Assembly: GCA_963555825.3 (NCBI GenBank)
Contig: CAUVXB020000002.1
Location: 2,624,001 to 2,688,000, forward strand
DNA: 64,000 nt
Direction: 5' to 3'
From: Alphaproteobacteria bacterium
GTDB lineage: Bacteria > Pseudomonadota > Alphaproteobacteria > JAAXGF01
The notes beneath the pieces are model-generated. The model worked only from the letters and a program-made list of their open reading frames with translations, did no database searches and had not been told where the DNA came from. Positions 9,927-20,433 of this stretch are shown piece by piece. How positions within the stretch are numbered: the stretch's first letter is position 1; each line of letters starts with the position of its first letter. Position numbers and translations under genes: made by a program.

Positions 9927-10766
9927 ATGAATCTGGTGGATACTCCCCTGACGGCCTTGGCCAAGGCTGCCGGCTGCGCCGCCAAGATCGGCCAGGCCGA
10001 CCTAGCATCGGCGCTCGCGCACTTGCCGAATATGGCCGAACCACGCCTGCTGGTCGGCCACGCCAGTGCCGACGATGCGGCGGTGTACCGCCTCACCGAC
10101 GATCTGGCGCTGGTCGAGACCGTCGATATCTTCCCGCCCATCGTCGACGACCCCTTCGACTATGGCCGCATCGCCGCCGCCAATGCCCTGAGCGACGTCT
10201 ACGCCATGGGAGCAAAGCCTATTAGCGCGCTGAGCTTCATCGCATGGCCGGTGGAGCAATTGGGCCTCGAGAGCCTGGGCCGGGTGCTCCAGGGCGCCGC
10301 TCATATCTGCGCCGAGGCCGGCATCGCCATCGCTGGCGGCCATTCCATCGTCGACGAGGAGCCTAAGTTCGGTCTCTTCGTCAACGGCACGATCCACCCT
10401 GACCGGGTGGTGAGTAACGCTGGCGCCCGGCCAGGCGACGCGCTGGTGCTGACCAAGCGGATCGGCACTGGCATCCTGACCACGGCGGTCAAGCGCGGGC
10501 ATCTGGACGCTGCCGGGCTCGCCGAGGCGGTCGCGTCCATGACGACACTCAACGCCGCCGCCAGCGCCGCCATGGTCGAGGCCGGTGTCCGGGCGGCGAC
10601 CGACGTCACAGGCTTCGGGCTGCTCGGCCATCTCGGGAACCTGCTGAGGGCCTCGTCGGTAGCGGCCGGACAGCCTTTGGCCGCCCAGCTGCACTATGCC
10701 AAGGTGCCGCTGTTCGAGGGCGTCGAGGCGTTCCTCGAACAAGGCCTCTGCCCCGGCGGGACACAC
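9927..10766 (+). pseudogene. selD: Selenide, water dikinase, 3'-truncated by IS21
   Basis: AGCAAK (Cys form), DDAAVY, AAANALSDVYAMG, ATDVTGFGLLGHL. Ends at PGGTH at the IS21 left end, and the C-terminal DPQTSGGLL segment is absent. Confidence 0.9.
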
Positions 10767-10884
10767 TGAGAACGGCAGAGCAATAATCCCCCACTGAAGC
10801 GGCCGGTCGATCCGGCTGCGGCGGACCAAAATGGGACCGCGTATAGCCTTCTGTCAGGGTTGCTCTGACTGGAAGGCGGGGGGG

Positions 10885-12384
10885 ATGTATCGGGTGGAGT
10901 TGTACGCACGGGTTCGGCGGGCGTGTCATGTCGAGGGGATGAGCACCCGCGAGGCCTCGCGGGTGTTTGGTGTAGACCGCAAGACGGTCCGTAAGATGCT
11001 GTCGTTCTCGGTGCCGCCAGGGTATCGCCGAAGCGCGCCGCCGAGGCGGCCAAAGCTGGGTCCGTTCACGGGAATCATCGATCGGATCTTGGAAGACGAT
11101 CGGACCAGCCACCGCAAGCAACGGCACACTGCGAAGCGCATCTTCGACCGCCTCCGGGACGAGTACGGTTTCACGGGCGGCTACACCATCGTGAAGGACT
11201 ACGTTCGTGAGCAGGGGCTTCGGTCGCGTGAGGTGTTCGTGCCACTCTCCCATTCCCCCGGTCACGCCCAGGCGGACTTCGGCGAAGCGATGGCGGTGAT
11301 CGGCGGCGCGTTACGGAAGATCCACTTCCTTGCCTTCGACCTTCCCCACAGTGATGGTTGCTTTGTTGCGGCCTATCCGGCGGAGACGACCGAAGCATTC
11401 TGCGATGGCCACAACGCGGCGTTTGCCTTCTTCGGCGGCGTCCCCCGATCCATCCTGTACGACAACACCAAGCTGGCGGTTGCCCGGATCCTGGGCGATG
11501 GGAAGCGGCAGCGAACGCGCGTCTTCACGGAGCTTCAGTCCCACTATCTGTTCGAGGACAGGTTCGGCCGGCCGGGCAAGGGCAACGACAAGGGCAAGGT
11601 CGAGGGACTGGTCGGCTTCATCCGGCGGAACTTCCTGGTCCCCGTCCCGCGTGCCGAGAGCTTCGCGGCCCTCAACGATGCTCTCGCCGAACAGTGCCGC
11701 CGGCGCCAGGCGGCGCGGCTGCGGGGCCACAAGGAGACCATCGGCGAGCGTCTCGAGCGGGATCGTCAAGTTCTCTTGCCATTGCCGCCTGCTCCCTATG
11801 ATGCCTGCGATAAGCGCCCTGGACGGGCGAGTTCGCTGTCGCTGGTGCGTTACCGCAGCAACGACTATTCCGTGCCCGTGGCCTACGGCCACCGTGAGGT
11901 GCTCATCCGGGGCTACGTCGATGAGGTGGTGATCAGCTGCGGGGCCGAGGTGATCGCCCGGCACCGCCGGTCCTACGACAGCGAGGACCTGATCTTCGAC
12001 CCGCTGCATTACCTGCCCTTGATCGAGCAGAAGATCGGCGCCCTCGACCAGGCCGCGCCATTGGCGGGCTGGGACCTGCCCGAGGCCTTCATCACTCTGC
12101 GGCGGCTCCTCGAAGCTCGTATGGGCAAGGCAGGCAAGCGCGAGTACGTCCAGGTGCTCCGTCTACTGGAGACCTTCCGGCTCGAGGAGGTCGAGGGTGC
12201 GGTCGGCGACGCCCTGCGGCTCGGCGCAATCGGCTTTGATGCGGTGAAGCACCTGGTACTGTGCCGCATCGAGCGGCGGCCGCCCAGGCTCAACCTCGAC
12301 GTCTATCCGTATCTGCCGCGCGCCCGGGTCGCGATGACGTCCGCCAAGTCGTACATGAGCCTGCTGTCGGGGCTCGGCGCATGA
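10885..12384 (+). CDS. istA: IS21 transposase
   Basis: AQADFG, ILYDNTK, GNDKGKVEGLVG. Confidence 0.95.
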   Translation: MYRVELYARVRRACHVEGMSTREASRVFGVDRKTVRKMLSFSVPPGYRRSAPPRRPKLGPFTGIIDRILEDDRTSHRKQRHTAKRIFDRLRDEYGFTGGYTIVKDYVREQGLRSREVFVPLSHSPGHAQADFGEAMAVIGGALRKIHFLAFDLPHSDGCFVAAYPAETTEAFCDGHNAAFAFFGGVPRSILYDNTKLAVARILGDGKRQRTRVFTELQSHYLFEDRFGRPGKGNDKGKVEGLVGFIRRNFLVPVPRAESFAALNDALAEQCRRRQAARLRGHKETIGERLERDRQVLLPLPPAPYDACDKRPGRASSLSLVRYRSNDYSVPVAYGHREVLIRGYVDEVVISCGAEVIARHRRSYDSEDLIFDPLHYLPLIEQKIGALDQAAPLAGWDLPEAFITLRRLLEARMGKAGKREYVQVLRLLETFRLEEVEGAVGDALRLGAIGFDAVKHLVLCRIERRPPRLNLDVYPYLPRARVAMTSAKSYMSLLSGLGA

Positions 12385-13145
12385 CCGACACACCGCAAGT
12401 GCTGCTCGCCCACCACCTCAAGACGCTGAAGCTGCCGACCTTCCTGCGCGAGTACGACAAGATCGCCCGGCAGTGCGCCTCGGAAGGCGTCGATCACGTC
12501 CGCTACCTGTTGAGACTCGCCGAGCTCGAGCTGATCGACCGCGAGCGCCGCATGGTCGAGCGGCGCATCAAGGCGGCGCGCTTCCCCGTGGTCAAGAGCC
12601 TCGACAGCTTCGACTTCAAGGTCATCCCCTCGCTCAACAAGGCGCTGGTCCTGGAGCTGGCCCGCTGCGAGTACATCGAGCGCCGCGAGAACCTCATCGC
12701 GCTCGGCAACAGTGGGACCGGCAAGACCCACATCGCCCTCGGTCTCGGCCTGGCGGCCTGCCAGAAGGGCCTCTCGGTCGGCTTCATCACCGCCGCCGCG
12801 CTGGTCCACGAACTCATCGAGGCCCGCGATGACAAGCAGCTGCTGAGGTTCCAGAAGAAGCTCGCCACCTACAAGCTTCTGATCGTCGACGAACTCGGCT
12901 TCGTGCCGCTGTCGAAGACCGGCGCCGAGCTGTTGTTCGAGGTGTTCAGCCAACGCTACGAGCGGGGCTCGACCCTGGTCACCACCAATCTGCCCTTCGA
13001 CGAATGGACCGAGGTGTTCGGCTCCGAGCGCCTCACCGGCGCGCTCCTCGATCGCCTCACCCACCACGTCAACATCCTCGAGATGAACGGTGACAGCTAC
13101 AGGCTCAACCAGAGCCGCAGGCGTCAAACCCCGACTGCTAACTGA
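12381..13145 (+). CDS. istB: IS21 helper ATPase
   Basis: GNSGTGKTH Walker A, LLIVDELGF, ALLDRLTHH. ATGA overlap with istA. Confidence 0.95.
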   Translation: MTDTPQVLLAHHLKTLKLPTFLREYDKIARQCASEGVDHVRYLLRLAELELIDRERRMVERRIKAARFPVVKSLDSFDFKVIPSLNKALVLELARCEYIERRENLIALGNSGTGKTHIALGLGLAACQKGLSVGFITAAALVHELIEARDDKQLLRFQKKLATYKLLIVDELGFVPLSKTGAELLFEVFSQRYERGSTLVTTNLPFDEWTEVFGSERLTGALLDRLTHHVNILEMNGDSYRLNQSRRRQTPTAN

Positions 13146-13403
13146 ACCGACCACCCAGCCCACGCTTGACCCCGTGGGCCCACAGGTCCCTCCCGCGCGC
13201 GCCGCCGCGTCAGCCTGTTGAGGGCACGCCGCGTCGCGCGCGGGGCCCTCCCGTGGACTACGGGGACAAGCCCGCAGCCGCCAAGCGGTCCCTTCTTACA
13301 CCGCCGAGGTGGTCCCTTTTTGCTCCGCCATTGACAACTGTACTCGTCGAAACGGGATGGCTACGGGATGTGCCGACGCCCGCATTGGCCGGGAAGGTGG
13401 GAA

Positions 13404-14483
13404 ATGCATCAAGACACGGCTAGCGCTGAACTCAATCTAGCTCTGCGCGACAATCTCACTTTGATAAATAAGGGCTTTGTACAAGCGCTTTGTTTGAGGT
13501 TTCATGACTCGAAACAACGCGCACAACTCGCCTATGCGGACAATCTTGCAGAGACGAGGCGGCTTATGCAGCTCCTTGTTGAGATGCAGCGCCAGGACAT
13601 GCCCCTCGATCCGGATGGCGTATCTGAAAATCCTGATCGCGGTGGTCCCGACCTTCAATCGAAGGCGAAAGAAATCTGGTTGTCGGACTTTAGGTTGGCG
13701 GCCAGGAAACTCGAATCGCTGCGCAGAGGTCAAACTTCGCTCAAGTCCTCAAGACCTGATCGTTCGGGTTCCCTAGGTCTTGATCGCTTGATAGAGGAAG
13801 GCGAAGAGTTCGCGGCCGATTTGCGGGACCGGTCAAATGGTATTGAGAATCTTGATCAATTCGACCCTACAAGAGTGGCATCTGATGCCGAAAGGAAAAG
13901 ACTCGAGGATTTCCTCGGCTATGTCGAGGGTATCGAGGAAGCGTTCATGGTCGGGAAAACGGAAACAACACGGCCAGAAAACGATCCCGTGTTTACCGTT
14001 TTGAACACGGTGTTGAGCAATCACTTCCTGGCGATAGATCAATTCTTCCTACACGGTTTTTTGTTGCACAAATTGAATGAAAAGGCGCTTGCGAAAGAAA
14101 GGATCATGCATTCCGTTGACGAAATGAAAGGCGCGTTCCGAGCCACGCAGCGGATACTTGTTCTTGGATCCGTACCGAGACCGATTTTTCTACAGGATAT
14201 ACGTTCACCTTACTGCGTGCGGGTGGGCTCCGGTCCGCTGGAAGCAATCCGGAACGATCTCGAGCTCACGGAGAAACTGATCGTCAATCTGCAGGGTGCG
14301 AAAGAGCTGGCGGAAACTGCGTCGGAATCTCGTTCTGTCGACATGTTTTCGGATTCCGTCCATATGGAAAGCGACGCAAAGAGACGACTTTCGACGCAAT
14401 TAGAACAACTTTCAAAGGGTGAAACGTCAGGTAAAGGCAGCGATAAGATCGACACGATGCTCGATCGTTGGGGGGTCGCATAG
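13404..14483 (+). CDS. Tandem ferritin-like (bacterioferritin-derived) protein with degenerate ferroxidase ligands
   Basis: C-half LNTVLSNHFLAIDQFFLHG...HSVDEMKGA...RILVLGSVP aligns by eye to Bfr. N-half LNLALRDNLTLINKGFVQA is a weaker second copy. GC is lower than the core genes. Confidence 0.7.
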   Translation: MHQDTASAELNLALRDNLTLINKGFVQALCLRFHDSKQRAQLAYADNLAETRRLMQLLVEMQRQDMPLDPDGVSENPDRGGPDLQSKAKEIWLSDFRLAARKLESLRRGQTSLKSSRPDRSGSLGLDRLIEEGEEFAADLRDRSNGIENLDQFDPTRVASDAERKRLEDFLGYVEGIEEAFMVGKTETTRPENDPVFTVLNTVLSNHFLAIDQFFLHGFLLHKLNEKALAKERIMHSVDEMKGAFRATQRILVLGSVPRPIFLQDIRSPYCVRVGSGPLEAIRNDLELTEKLIVNLQGAKELAETASESRSVDMFSDSVHMESDAKRRLSTQLEQLSKGETSGKGSDKIDTMLDRWGVA

Positions 14484-14519
14484 CCGATCGGTGATGCGTG
14501 GGGCCAGCCGAGCCGCGAT

Positions 14520-14579
14520 GTCCGTCGTTATCCCAATAGCGGACATTGGCCCGGCCCAGCCCAATGTCTATTTATGTCC
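14520..14579. repeat. Hairpin repeat cluster split by IS1182 copy 1 (continues 16264-16323)
   Basis: GTCCGTCGTTATCCCAATAGCGGAC, a 21-nt spacer, then GTCTATTTATGTCC|CGGAGCGGAC. Confidence 0.7.
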
Positions 14580-16263
14580 CAGACTGTGTAAAAACGTCGA
14601 TGGTGTTATGATTCTCTCGTGCTTTGGCGGGAGGGTCTGATGAAGCGTTTTGTCGAGGGTGTCGATCGCAGCCAGGGCACGTTGTTTCCGGAGCGCCTGG
14701 AAGACTGGATCGGCGACGACAACCCGGTTCGGGCGATCGACGTCTTCGTCGATGAGCTCGATCTTGGCGGCCTCGGGTTCGACCGGGTCGAGCCGCTGGC
14801 GACCGGCAGGCCGGCCTATCATCCTTGCGATTTGTTGAAGCTCTACATCTACGGCTATCTCAACCGGGTTCAGTCGAGCCGTCGGCTCGAGAGGGAGGCC
14901 GGGCGCAATGTGGAAGTGATGTGGCTGGTCGGCCGGCTGGCGCCGGATCACAAGACGATCGCCGACTTCCGCAAGGACAACGGCCGTGCGATCCGCAAGG
15001 TCTGCGCCCGGTTCGTCGCGCTGTGCCGGCAACTCGGGCTGTTCGCCGAGGCGAGCGTGGCGATCGATGGCTCGAAGTTCAAGGCGGTCAACAGCCGGGA
15101 CAGGAACTTCACGCGGGCCAAGATGGCGCGGCGGGTGGCGCAGATCGAGGAGAGCGTTGCGCGCTATCTGGACCAGTTGGACAGCGCCGACCGGCAAGAG
15201 CCGTCGCTGGCGCGCACGACCAAGACGACTCGTCTGGCCGACAAGATCGCGATCCTCAAGGAGGAGATGCGGCGCCTGAAGGCGCTTGAAGTCGAGCGGC
15301 GTGCGAGCCCGGACCAGCAGATCTCTCTGAGCGATCCCGATGCCCGCTCGATGGCGACGAGCGGCCGGGGTTCCGGCGTGGTCGGCTACAACGTTCAGGC
15401 CGCCGTCGACACCAAGCACCACCTGATCGTCGCCCACGAGGTGACCAATCAGGGCACCGACCGCGCCCAGCTCTCAGCCATGGCGAAGCGGACCAAGGCG
15501 GCTCTGGAGACCGACGAGTTGGATGTCGTTGCCGATCGCGGCTACTACAACGGCAAGGAGATTCTGGCCTGCGATGAGGCCGGCATCACCGTCACATTGC
15601 CTAAGCCGCTGACCTCTGGAGCCAAGGCCAAGGGCCGCTTCGGCAAACAGGACTTCGTCTATCTGGCCGCCGACGATGTCTATCGCTGCCCGGCCGGCGA
15701 GCGTTTGGTCTACCGCTTCACCAGCCAGGAGAGGGGGCTGAGCATGCGGCGCTACTGGACCAACGCCTGTCAGGGATGCGCCATCAAGCATCGCTGCACC
15801 ACGGCCAAGCAGCGCCGCATCACCCGCTGGCAGCACGAGCATGTTCTCGAGGCCGTCGAGAGGCGGCTCGACGAGCACCCGGAGGCGATGCGTCGGCGGC
15901 GCGAGACGGCCGAGCATCCCTTCGGCACCATCAAGTCCTGGATGGGCGCGACGCATTTCCAGACGAAGACGCTGAAACGGGTGAGGACCGAGATGGCCCT
16001 GCACGTGCTGGCCTACAATCTCAAGCGCGTCATGAACATCACGGGCATCGACCCGCTGATCGCGGCGATGAGGACCGCATAGGCCTCTCTGCGCCGCAAA
16101 TTGCGCCCATATCCGGCCAAATCGCAGCTCACACCGGCGCCAGCCGGCCGACAGGTCCGCACGAGTGGCGAAAATCCTTAATCCCGGAATACCCGCCGCG
16201 ACGGATCATCGAAGCCAAAGACGCGCCGTACAGATCACGCAGCAAACGTTCTTACACAGTCTG
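14580..16263 (+). mobile_element. IS1182-family element, copy 1
   Basis: IRs CAGACTGTGTAAAAACG / CGTTCTTACACAGTCTG. 4-bp duplication GTCC. Confidence 0.93.
14640..16082 (+). CDS. IS1182-family transposase
   Basis: GRPAYHP, PDHKTIADFR, AIDGSKFKA, VADRGYY, AEHPFGTIK. Confidence 0.95.
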   Translation: MKRFVEGVDRSQGTLFPERLEDWIGDDNPVRAIDVFVDELDLGGLGFDRVEPLATGRPAYHPCDLLKLYIYGYLNRVQSSRRLEREAGRNVEVMWLVGRLAPDHKTIADFRKDNGRAIRKVCARFVALCRQLGLFAEASVAIDGSKFKAVNSRDRNFTRAKMARRVAQIEESVARYLDQLDSADRQEPSLARTTKTTRLADKIAILKEEMRRLKALEVERRASPDQQISLSDPDARSMATSGRGSGVVGYNVQAAVDTKHHLIVAHEVTNQGTDRAQLSAMAKRTKAALETDELDVVADRGYYNGKEILACDEAGITVTLPKPLTSGAKAKGRFGKQDFVYLAADDVYRCPAGERLVYRFTSQERGLSMRRYWTNACQGCAIKHRCTTAKQRRITRWQHEHVLEAVERRLDEHPEAMRRRRETAEHPFGTIKSWMGATHFQTKTLKRVRTEMALHVLAYNLKRVMNITGIDPLIAAMRTA

Positions 16264-16375
16264 GTCCCGGAGCGGACTTTCATCGACAACCCCCGAAACT
16301 CGTCTTCATCATTAAAAGCAGATACGCTGCGCTGACCCGCTGGATTCGATGCCGACCGCTGAAAGGTCGAAGGCC

Positions 16376-17155
16376 ATGCATGTTCGAAACATGATCCTCA
16401 GTCTTAGCACCGTCTTCTTGCTTGCCGCCGCTTTCGTATGGGCAACTCATGATCCCGACTTGGCTTCTGGTGAACGGTCCGAGTTGATGGAGGCTTACAA
16501 CCGTTTCAACACCCTATACCAGCAAGGCCGCTACTCGGATGCCGAACCCTATGCCAAGGAAGCCTTGAGACTGGGGACGGAAGAGCTGGGTCGGAATGAT
16601 CCGGCTATTGTGGCCCTGCTCGACAACCTGGCGGATCTCCATCGAGCTCAAGGTCGCTACGCCGAAGCCGAGCCGCTCTACAAACGCTCTATTGCGATCA
16701 AGGAAAAGGCTCTCGGACCCGAGCATCCGGAAGTGGTCGAGAGCTTGGAAATTTATACCGCACTACTCCGACAGATTGCGCGCGCCGGTGAGACGGAGAG
16801 CATGGAGACGCCCGCCAAAGAGATCGGCGCTGCGAATCAGAAGTTAGCGGCACATGATATCGTAAACATAATTACCACCTATCACGAAAATGAACCGATA
16901 TTCGAAAGTGATTATCTTGGAAAAACTTTCATGGCGACGATGTATTTTAACGCCGTCAGGGGTGAAGTGTTTGGGGGAGGTTACTTTGTGGGTTTCGACG
17001 GGTTAAATGGTTCAGCCGGTCTAACCTGTCGATTTCCCAAAACCCTGCCAAATGAAATTATCGATTGGGACGCGGGTAAGTCGGTTCATTTAACCGGTGT
17101 CGTCTATCACGTCGTACTTTCTACTCTTTATTTAAAAAGATGCAGATTCAAATAA
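16376..17155 (+). CDS. Exported/membrane-anchored TPR protein fused to a putative OB-fold domain
   Basis: N-terminal hydrophobic segment, kinesin-light-chain-like TPRs (QGRYAEAEPLYKRSIAIKEKALGPEHP), C-terminal YHENE...YLGK...GKSVHLTGVV...LKRC. Confidence 0.7.
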   Translation: MHVRNMILSLSTVFLLAAAFVWATHDPDLASGERSELMEAYNRFNTLYQQGRYSDAEPYAKEALRLGTEELGRNDPAIVALLDNLADLHRAQGRYAEAEPLYKRSIAIKEKALGPEHPEVVESLEIYTALLRQIARAGETESMETPAKEIGAANQKLAAHDIVNIITTYHENEPIFESDYLGKTFMATMYFNAVRGEVFGGGYFVGFDGLNGSAGLTCRFPKTLPNEIIDWDAGKSVHLTGVVYHVVLSTLYLKRCRFK

Positions 17156-17266
17156 GAGCGCGTTTTAATAATGAACGGTTTCATAAGTGGCGCACTCGTG
17201 TTGCTCGTCTATTCAGAATGACCTGTACTGGGAAGACCAAGGTCATTAACACCGTAGCTCGTCGAC

Positions 17267-17434
17267 TTCCGCTTCTTGCTATGAGCAGACATAGGAGAGC
17301 GTGACCCTGAGCGTCCACTTCCCGCCCGAAAGCCGACATGAGCACCCCGCATTTTCCAACTTAAGCGTTTTATGTCTGCTCACCGCTCCGAACCGGACGC
17401 CGGTGACGAAATCGCTCGAGGTCTCCTTTAGACC
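17267..17434. repeat. Four-hairpin composite repeat, last hairpin split by IS1182 copy 2 (continues 20297-20310)
   Basis: H1 17267-17290, H2 17313-17337, H3 17374-17398, H4 GTCTCCTTTAGACC|CGAAGGAGAC. Spacers 22/36/22 nt. Confidence 0.8.
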
Positions 17435-17494
17435 CAGACTGTGTAAAAACGTCGATGGTGTTATGATTCTCTCGTGCTTTGGCGGGAGGGTCTG

Positions 17495-18937
17495 ATGAAG
17501 CGTTTTGTCGAGGGTGTCGATCGCAGCCAGGGCACGTTGTTTCCGGAGCGCCTGGAAGACTGGATCGGCGACGACAACCCGGTTCGGGCGATCGACGTCT
17601 TCGTCGATGAGCTCGATCTTGGCGGCCTCGGGTTCGACCGGGTCGAGCCGCTGGCGACCGGCAGGCCGGCCTATCATCCTTGCGATTTGTTGAAGCTCTA
17701 CATCTACGGCTATCTCAACCGGGTTCAGTCGAGCCGTCGGCTCGAGAGGGAGGCCGGGCGCAATGTGGAAGTGATGTGGCTGGTCGGCCGGCTGGCGCCG
17801 GATCACAAGACGATCGCCGACTTCCGCAAGGACAACGGCCGTGCGATCCGCAAGGTCTGCGCCCGGTTCGTCGCGCTGTGCCGGCAACTCGGGCTGTTCG
17901 CCGAGGCGAGCGTGGCGATCGATGGCTCGAAGTTCAAGGCGGTCAACAGCCGGGACAGGAACTTCACGCGGGCCAAGATGGCGCGGCGGGTGGCGCAGAT
18001 CGAGGAGAGCGTTGCGCGCTATCTGGACCAGTTGGACAGCGCCGACCGGCAAGAGCCGTCGCTGGCGCGCACGACCAAGACGACTCGTCTGGCCGACAAG
18101 ATCGCGATCCTCAAGGAGGAGATGCGGCGCCTGAAGGCGCTTGAAGTCGAGCGGCGTGCGAGCCCGGACCAGCAGATCTCTCTGAGCGATCCCGATGCCC
18201 GCTCGATGGCGACGAGCGGCCGGGGTTCCGGCGTGGTCGGCTACAACGTTCAGGCCGCCGTCGACACCAAGCACCACCTGATCGTCGCCCACGAGGTGAC
18301 CAATCAGGGCACCGACCGCGCCCAGCTCTCAGCCATGGCGAAGCGGACCAAGGCGGCTCTGGAGACCGACGAGTTGGATGTCGTTGCCGATCGCGGCTAC
18401 TACAACGGCAAGGAGATTCTGGCCTGCGATGAGGCCGGCATCACCGTCACATTGCCTAAGCCGCTGACCTCTGGAGCCAAGGCCAAGGGCCGCTTCGGCA
18501 AACAGGACTTCGTCTATCTGGCCGCCGACGATGTCTATCGCTGCCCGGCCGGCGAGCGTTTGGTCTACCGCTTCACCAGCCAGGAGAGGGGGCTGAGCAT
18601 GCGGCGCTACTGGACCAACGCCTGTCAGGGATGCGCCATCAAGCATCGCTGCACCACGGCCAAGCAGCGCCGCATCACCCGCTGGCAGCACGAGCATGTT
18701 CTCGAGGCCGTCGAGAGGCGGCTCGACGAGCACCCGGAGGCGATGCGTCGGCGGCGCGAGACGGCCGAGCATCCCTTCGGCACCATCAAGTCCTGGATGG
18801 GCGCGACGCATTTCCAGACGAAGACGCTGAAACGGGTGAGGACCGAGATGGCCCTGCACGTGCTGGCCTACAATCTCAAGCGCGTCATGAACATCACGGG
18901 CATCGACCCGCTGATCGCGGCGATGAGGACCGCATAG
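17495..18937 (+). CDS. IS1182-family transposase
   Basis: Protein identical to 14640-16082. Confidence 0.95.
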   Translation: MKRFVEGVDRSQGTLFPERLEDWIGDDNPVRAIDVFVDELDLGGLGFDRVEPLATGRPAYHPCDLLKLYIYGYLNRVQSSRRLEREAGRNVEVMWLVGRLAPDHKTIADFRKDNGRAIRKVCARFVALCRQLGLFAEASVAIDGSKFKAVNSRDRNFTRAKMARRVAQIEESVARYLDQLDSADRQEPSLARTTKTTRLADKIAILKEEMRRLKALEVERRASPDQQISLSDPDARSMATSGRGSGVVGYNVQAAVDTKHHLIVAHEVTNQGTDRAQLSAMAKRTKAALETDELDVVADRGYYNGKEILACDEAGITVTLPKPLTSGAKAKGRFGKQDFVYLAADDVYRCPAGERLVYRFTSQERGLSMRRYWTNACQGCAIKHRCTTAKQRRITRWQHEHVLEAVERRLDEHPEAMRRRRETAEHPFGTIKSWMGATHFQTKTLKRVRTEMALHVLAYNLKRVMNITGIDPLIAAMRTA

Positions 18938-19109
18938 GCCTCTCTGCGCCGCAAATTGCGCCCATATCCGGCCAAATCGCAGCTCACACCGGCGCCAGCC
19001 GGCCGACAGGTCCGCACGAGTGGCGAAAATCCTTAATCCCGGAATACCCGCCGCGACGGATCATCGAAGCCAAAGACGCGCCGTACAGATCACGCAGCAA
19101 ACGTTCTTA

Positions 19110-20284
19110 TACCAGTGAGCGCCTGAATTGACTCTCGGGATATTCATTGATGGCGGATGATGGCGGATTGTGATTCTATGGTCTCCCACCAGATGTGGGG
19201 GATGTCATGGGATCAGCACTCAAGATACGGGATGATTTGACGCCTTTGGAGCTTCGGCGCTGGGCTCGCGTGGAATCGTACGGTCGAGCGGCGGCGCGGG
19301 CCTATGGGATCGCGAATGCTTTGGAGGAGATGCCCCGGGCTGATGCCGCGCGGCTTGCGGGGATGGATCGCCAAACGCTTCGCGACGCGGTTGTTCGTTA
19401 CAATGCAAAGGGATTGGAGGGGCTTCACGACCGTCCAAAGGGCTACTCGCCGCGGCGGCTGACGGCAGACGAGGAAGCGGCGCTGGCGGCGGTCATCATC
19501 GCCGGGCCGGAGCCTGAGCGCGACGGGGTTTGCGCCTGGACCCGGGCCGATCTGTGCCGCTGGCTGGAGGAGCGCTTCGCCAAGACCTACCACCCCTCGA
19601 GCATGACCCGGGTTCTACGGCGGATGGGATTTTCCCGCCAGAAGGCGCGCCCGAGCCACCCGCGAAGGGACGCCGAAGCGCAGGAGCGCTTCAAAAAAGG
19701 GGGCTTCGCGACATCCTGAAGGCGACCGCCGCGGCGCATCCCGACAAGCGCCTACAGCTGTGGTTTCAGGATGAAGCGCGCGTCGGCAACAAGGGCCGGG
19801 TGTGTCACCGGTGGTGGCGCAGGGGCGAGCGTGCCCCCGGGACGCGTCAAATCGGCTACCAGTGGGCCTACATCTTCTCCGCCGTGCGCCCGGACACCGG
19901 CGACGACGTCACCCTGGTGATGCCGAGCGTCAACGCCAAGGTCATGGACCTGTTTCTCGCACACTTCGCCGATACCCTGGACCAGGATGCGCACGCCGTC
20001 ATGATGTGCGACGGCGCCGGTTGGCACGACGAGCGCGCCCTCACCGTCCCCGACAACGTCACCTTGGCGCTGTTGCCGCCTTACAGTCCCGAACTCAACC
20101 CCGTCGAGCGGGTTTGGCTCTACCTACGCGAACGCTTCCTATCGCTCCGCGTCCTCGACGACACCGAGGCCATCATCGACGCCTGTTGCCAAGCATGGAT
20201 CGACCTCATCGCAGAACCGGATCGTATGCGAACCCTCTGCGCCTATCCATGGATCATGAAGGTGATTTCATAGGCTCACTGGTA
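19110..20284 (+). mobile_element. IS630-family element A, copy 1 (1175 bp)
   Basis: IRs TACCAGTGAGC/GCTCACTGGTA, flanked by TTA on both sides. Confidence 0.93.
19207..20273 (+). CDS. IS630 transposase (two ORFs joined by a probable -1 frameshift)
   Basis: HTH ORF plus DDE ORF (WFQDEAR, CDGAGWH, PPYSPELNPVE). AAAAAAG slippery site near 19693. Confidence 0.9.
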
Positions 20285-20433
20285 TTACACAGTCTGGACC
20301 CGAAGGAGACTTTGGCGCCTCTTACAGGCGAGCGAAAATTTGTGCTTCGACGGTGGCTTCTGTGAAAGATGTGTTGTCGGCAATTTTCCAACCTGCCACC
20401 ATCGACCAGGCGATTGCGTCAATCGAAAGGCCG

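Larger units (their letters stand above)
10767..13336 (+). mobile_element. IS21-family element
   Basis: TG...CA ends with imperfect IRs (TGAGAACGGCAGAGCAA / TTGCTCCGCCATTGACA) and istA+istB. No target duplication seen. Confidence 0.93.
17435..20296 (+). mobile_element. IS1182-family element, copy 2, with IS630 inserted in its right IR
   Basis: Same transposase as copy 1. 4-bp duplication GACC at 17431-17434 and 20297-20300. Confidence 0.93.

Noticed and set aside
9927-10769. Selenocysteine recoding in selD
   Set aside because: The active-site codon is TGC (Cys), and the TGA at 10767 is the first triplet of IS21.
14580-20296. Composite transposon of two direct IS1182 copies carrying the TPR gene
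   Set aside because: Each copy has its own target duplication (GTCC and GACC), so they inserted independently.
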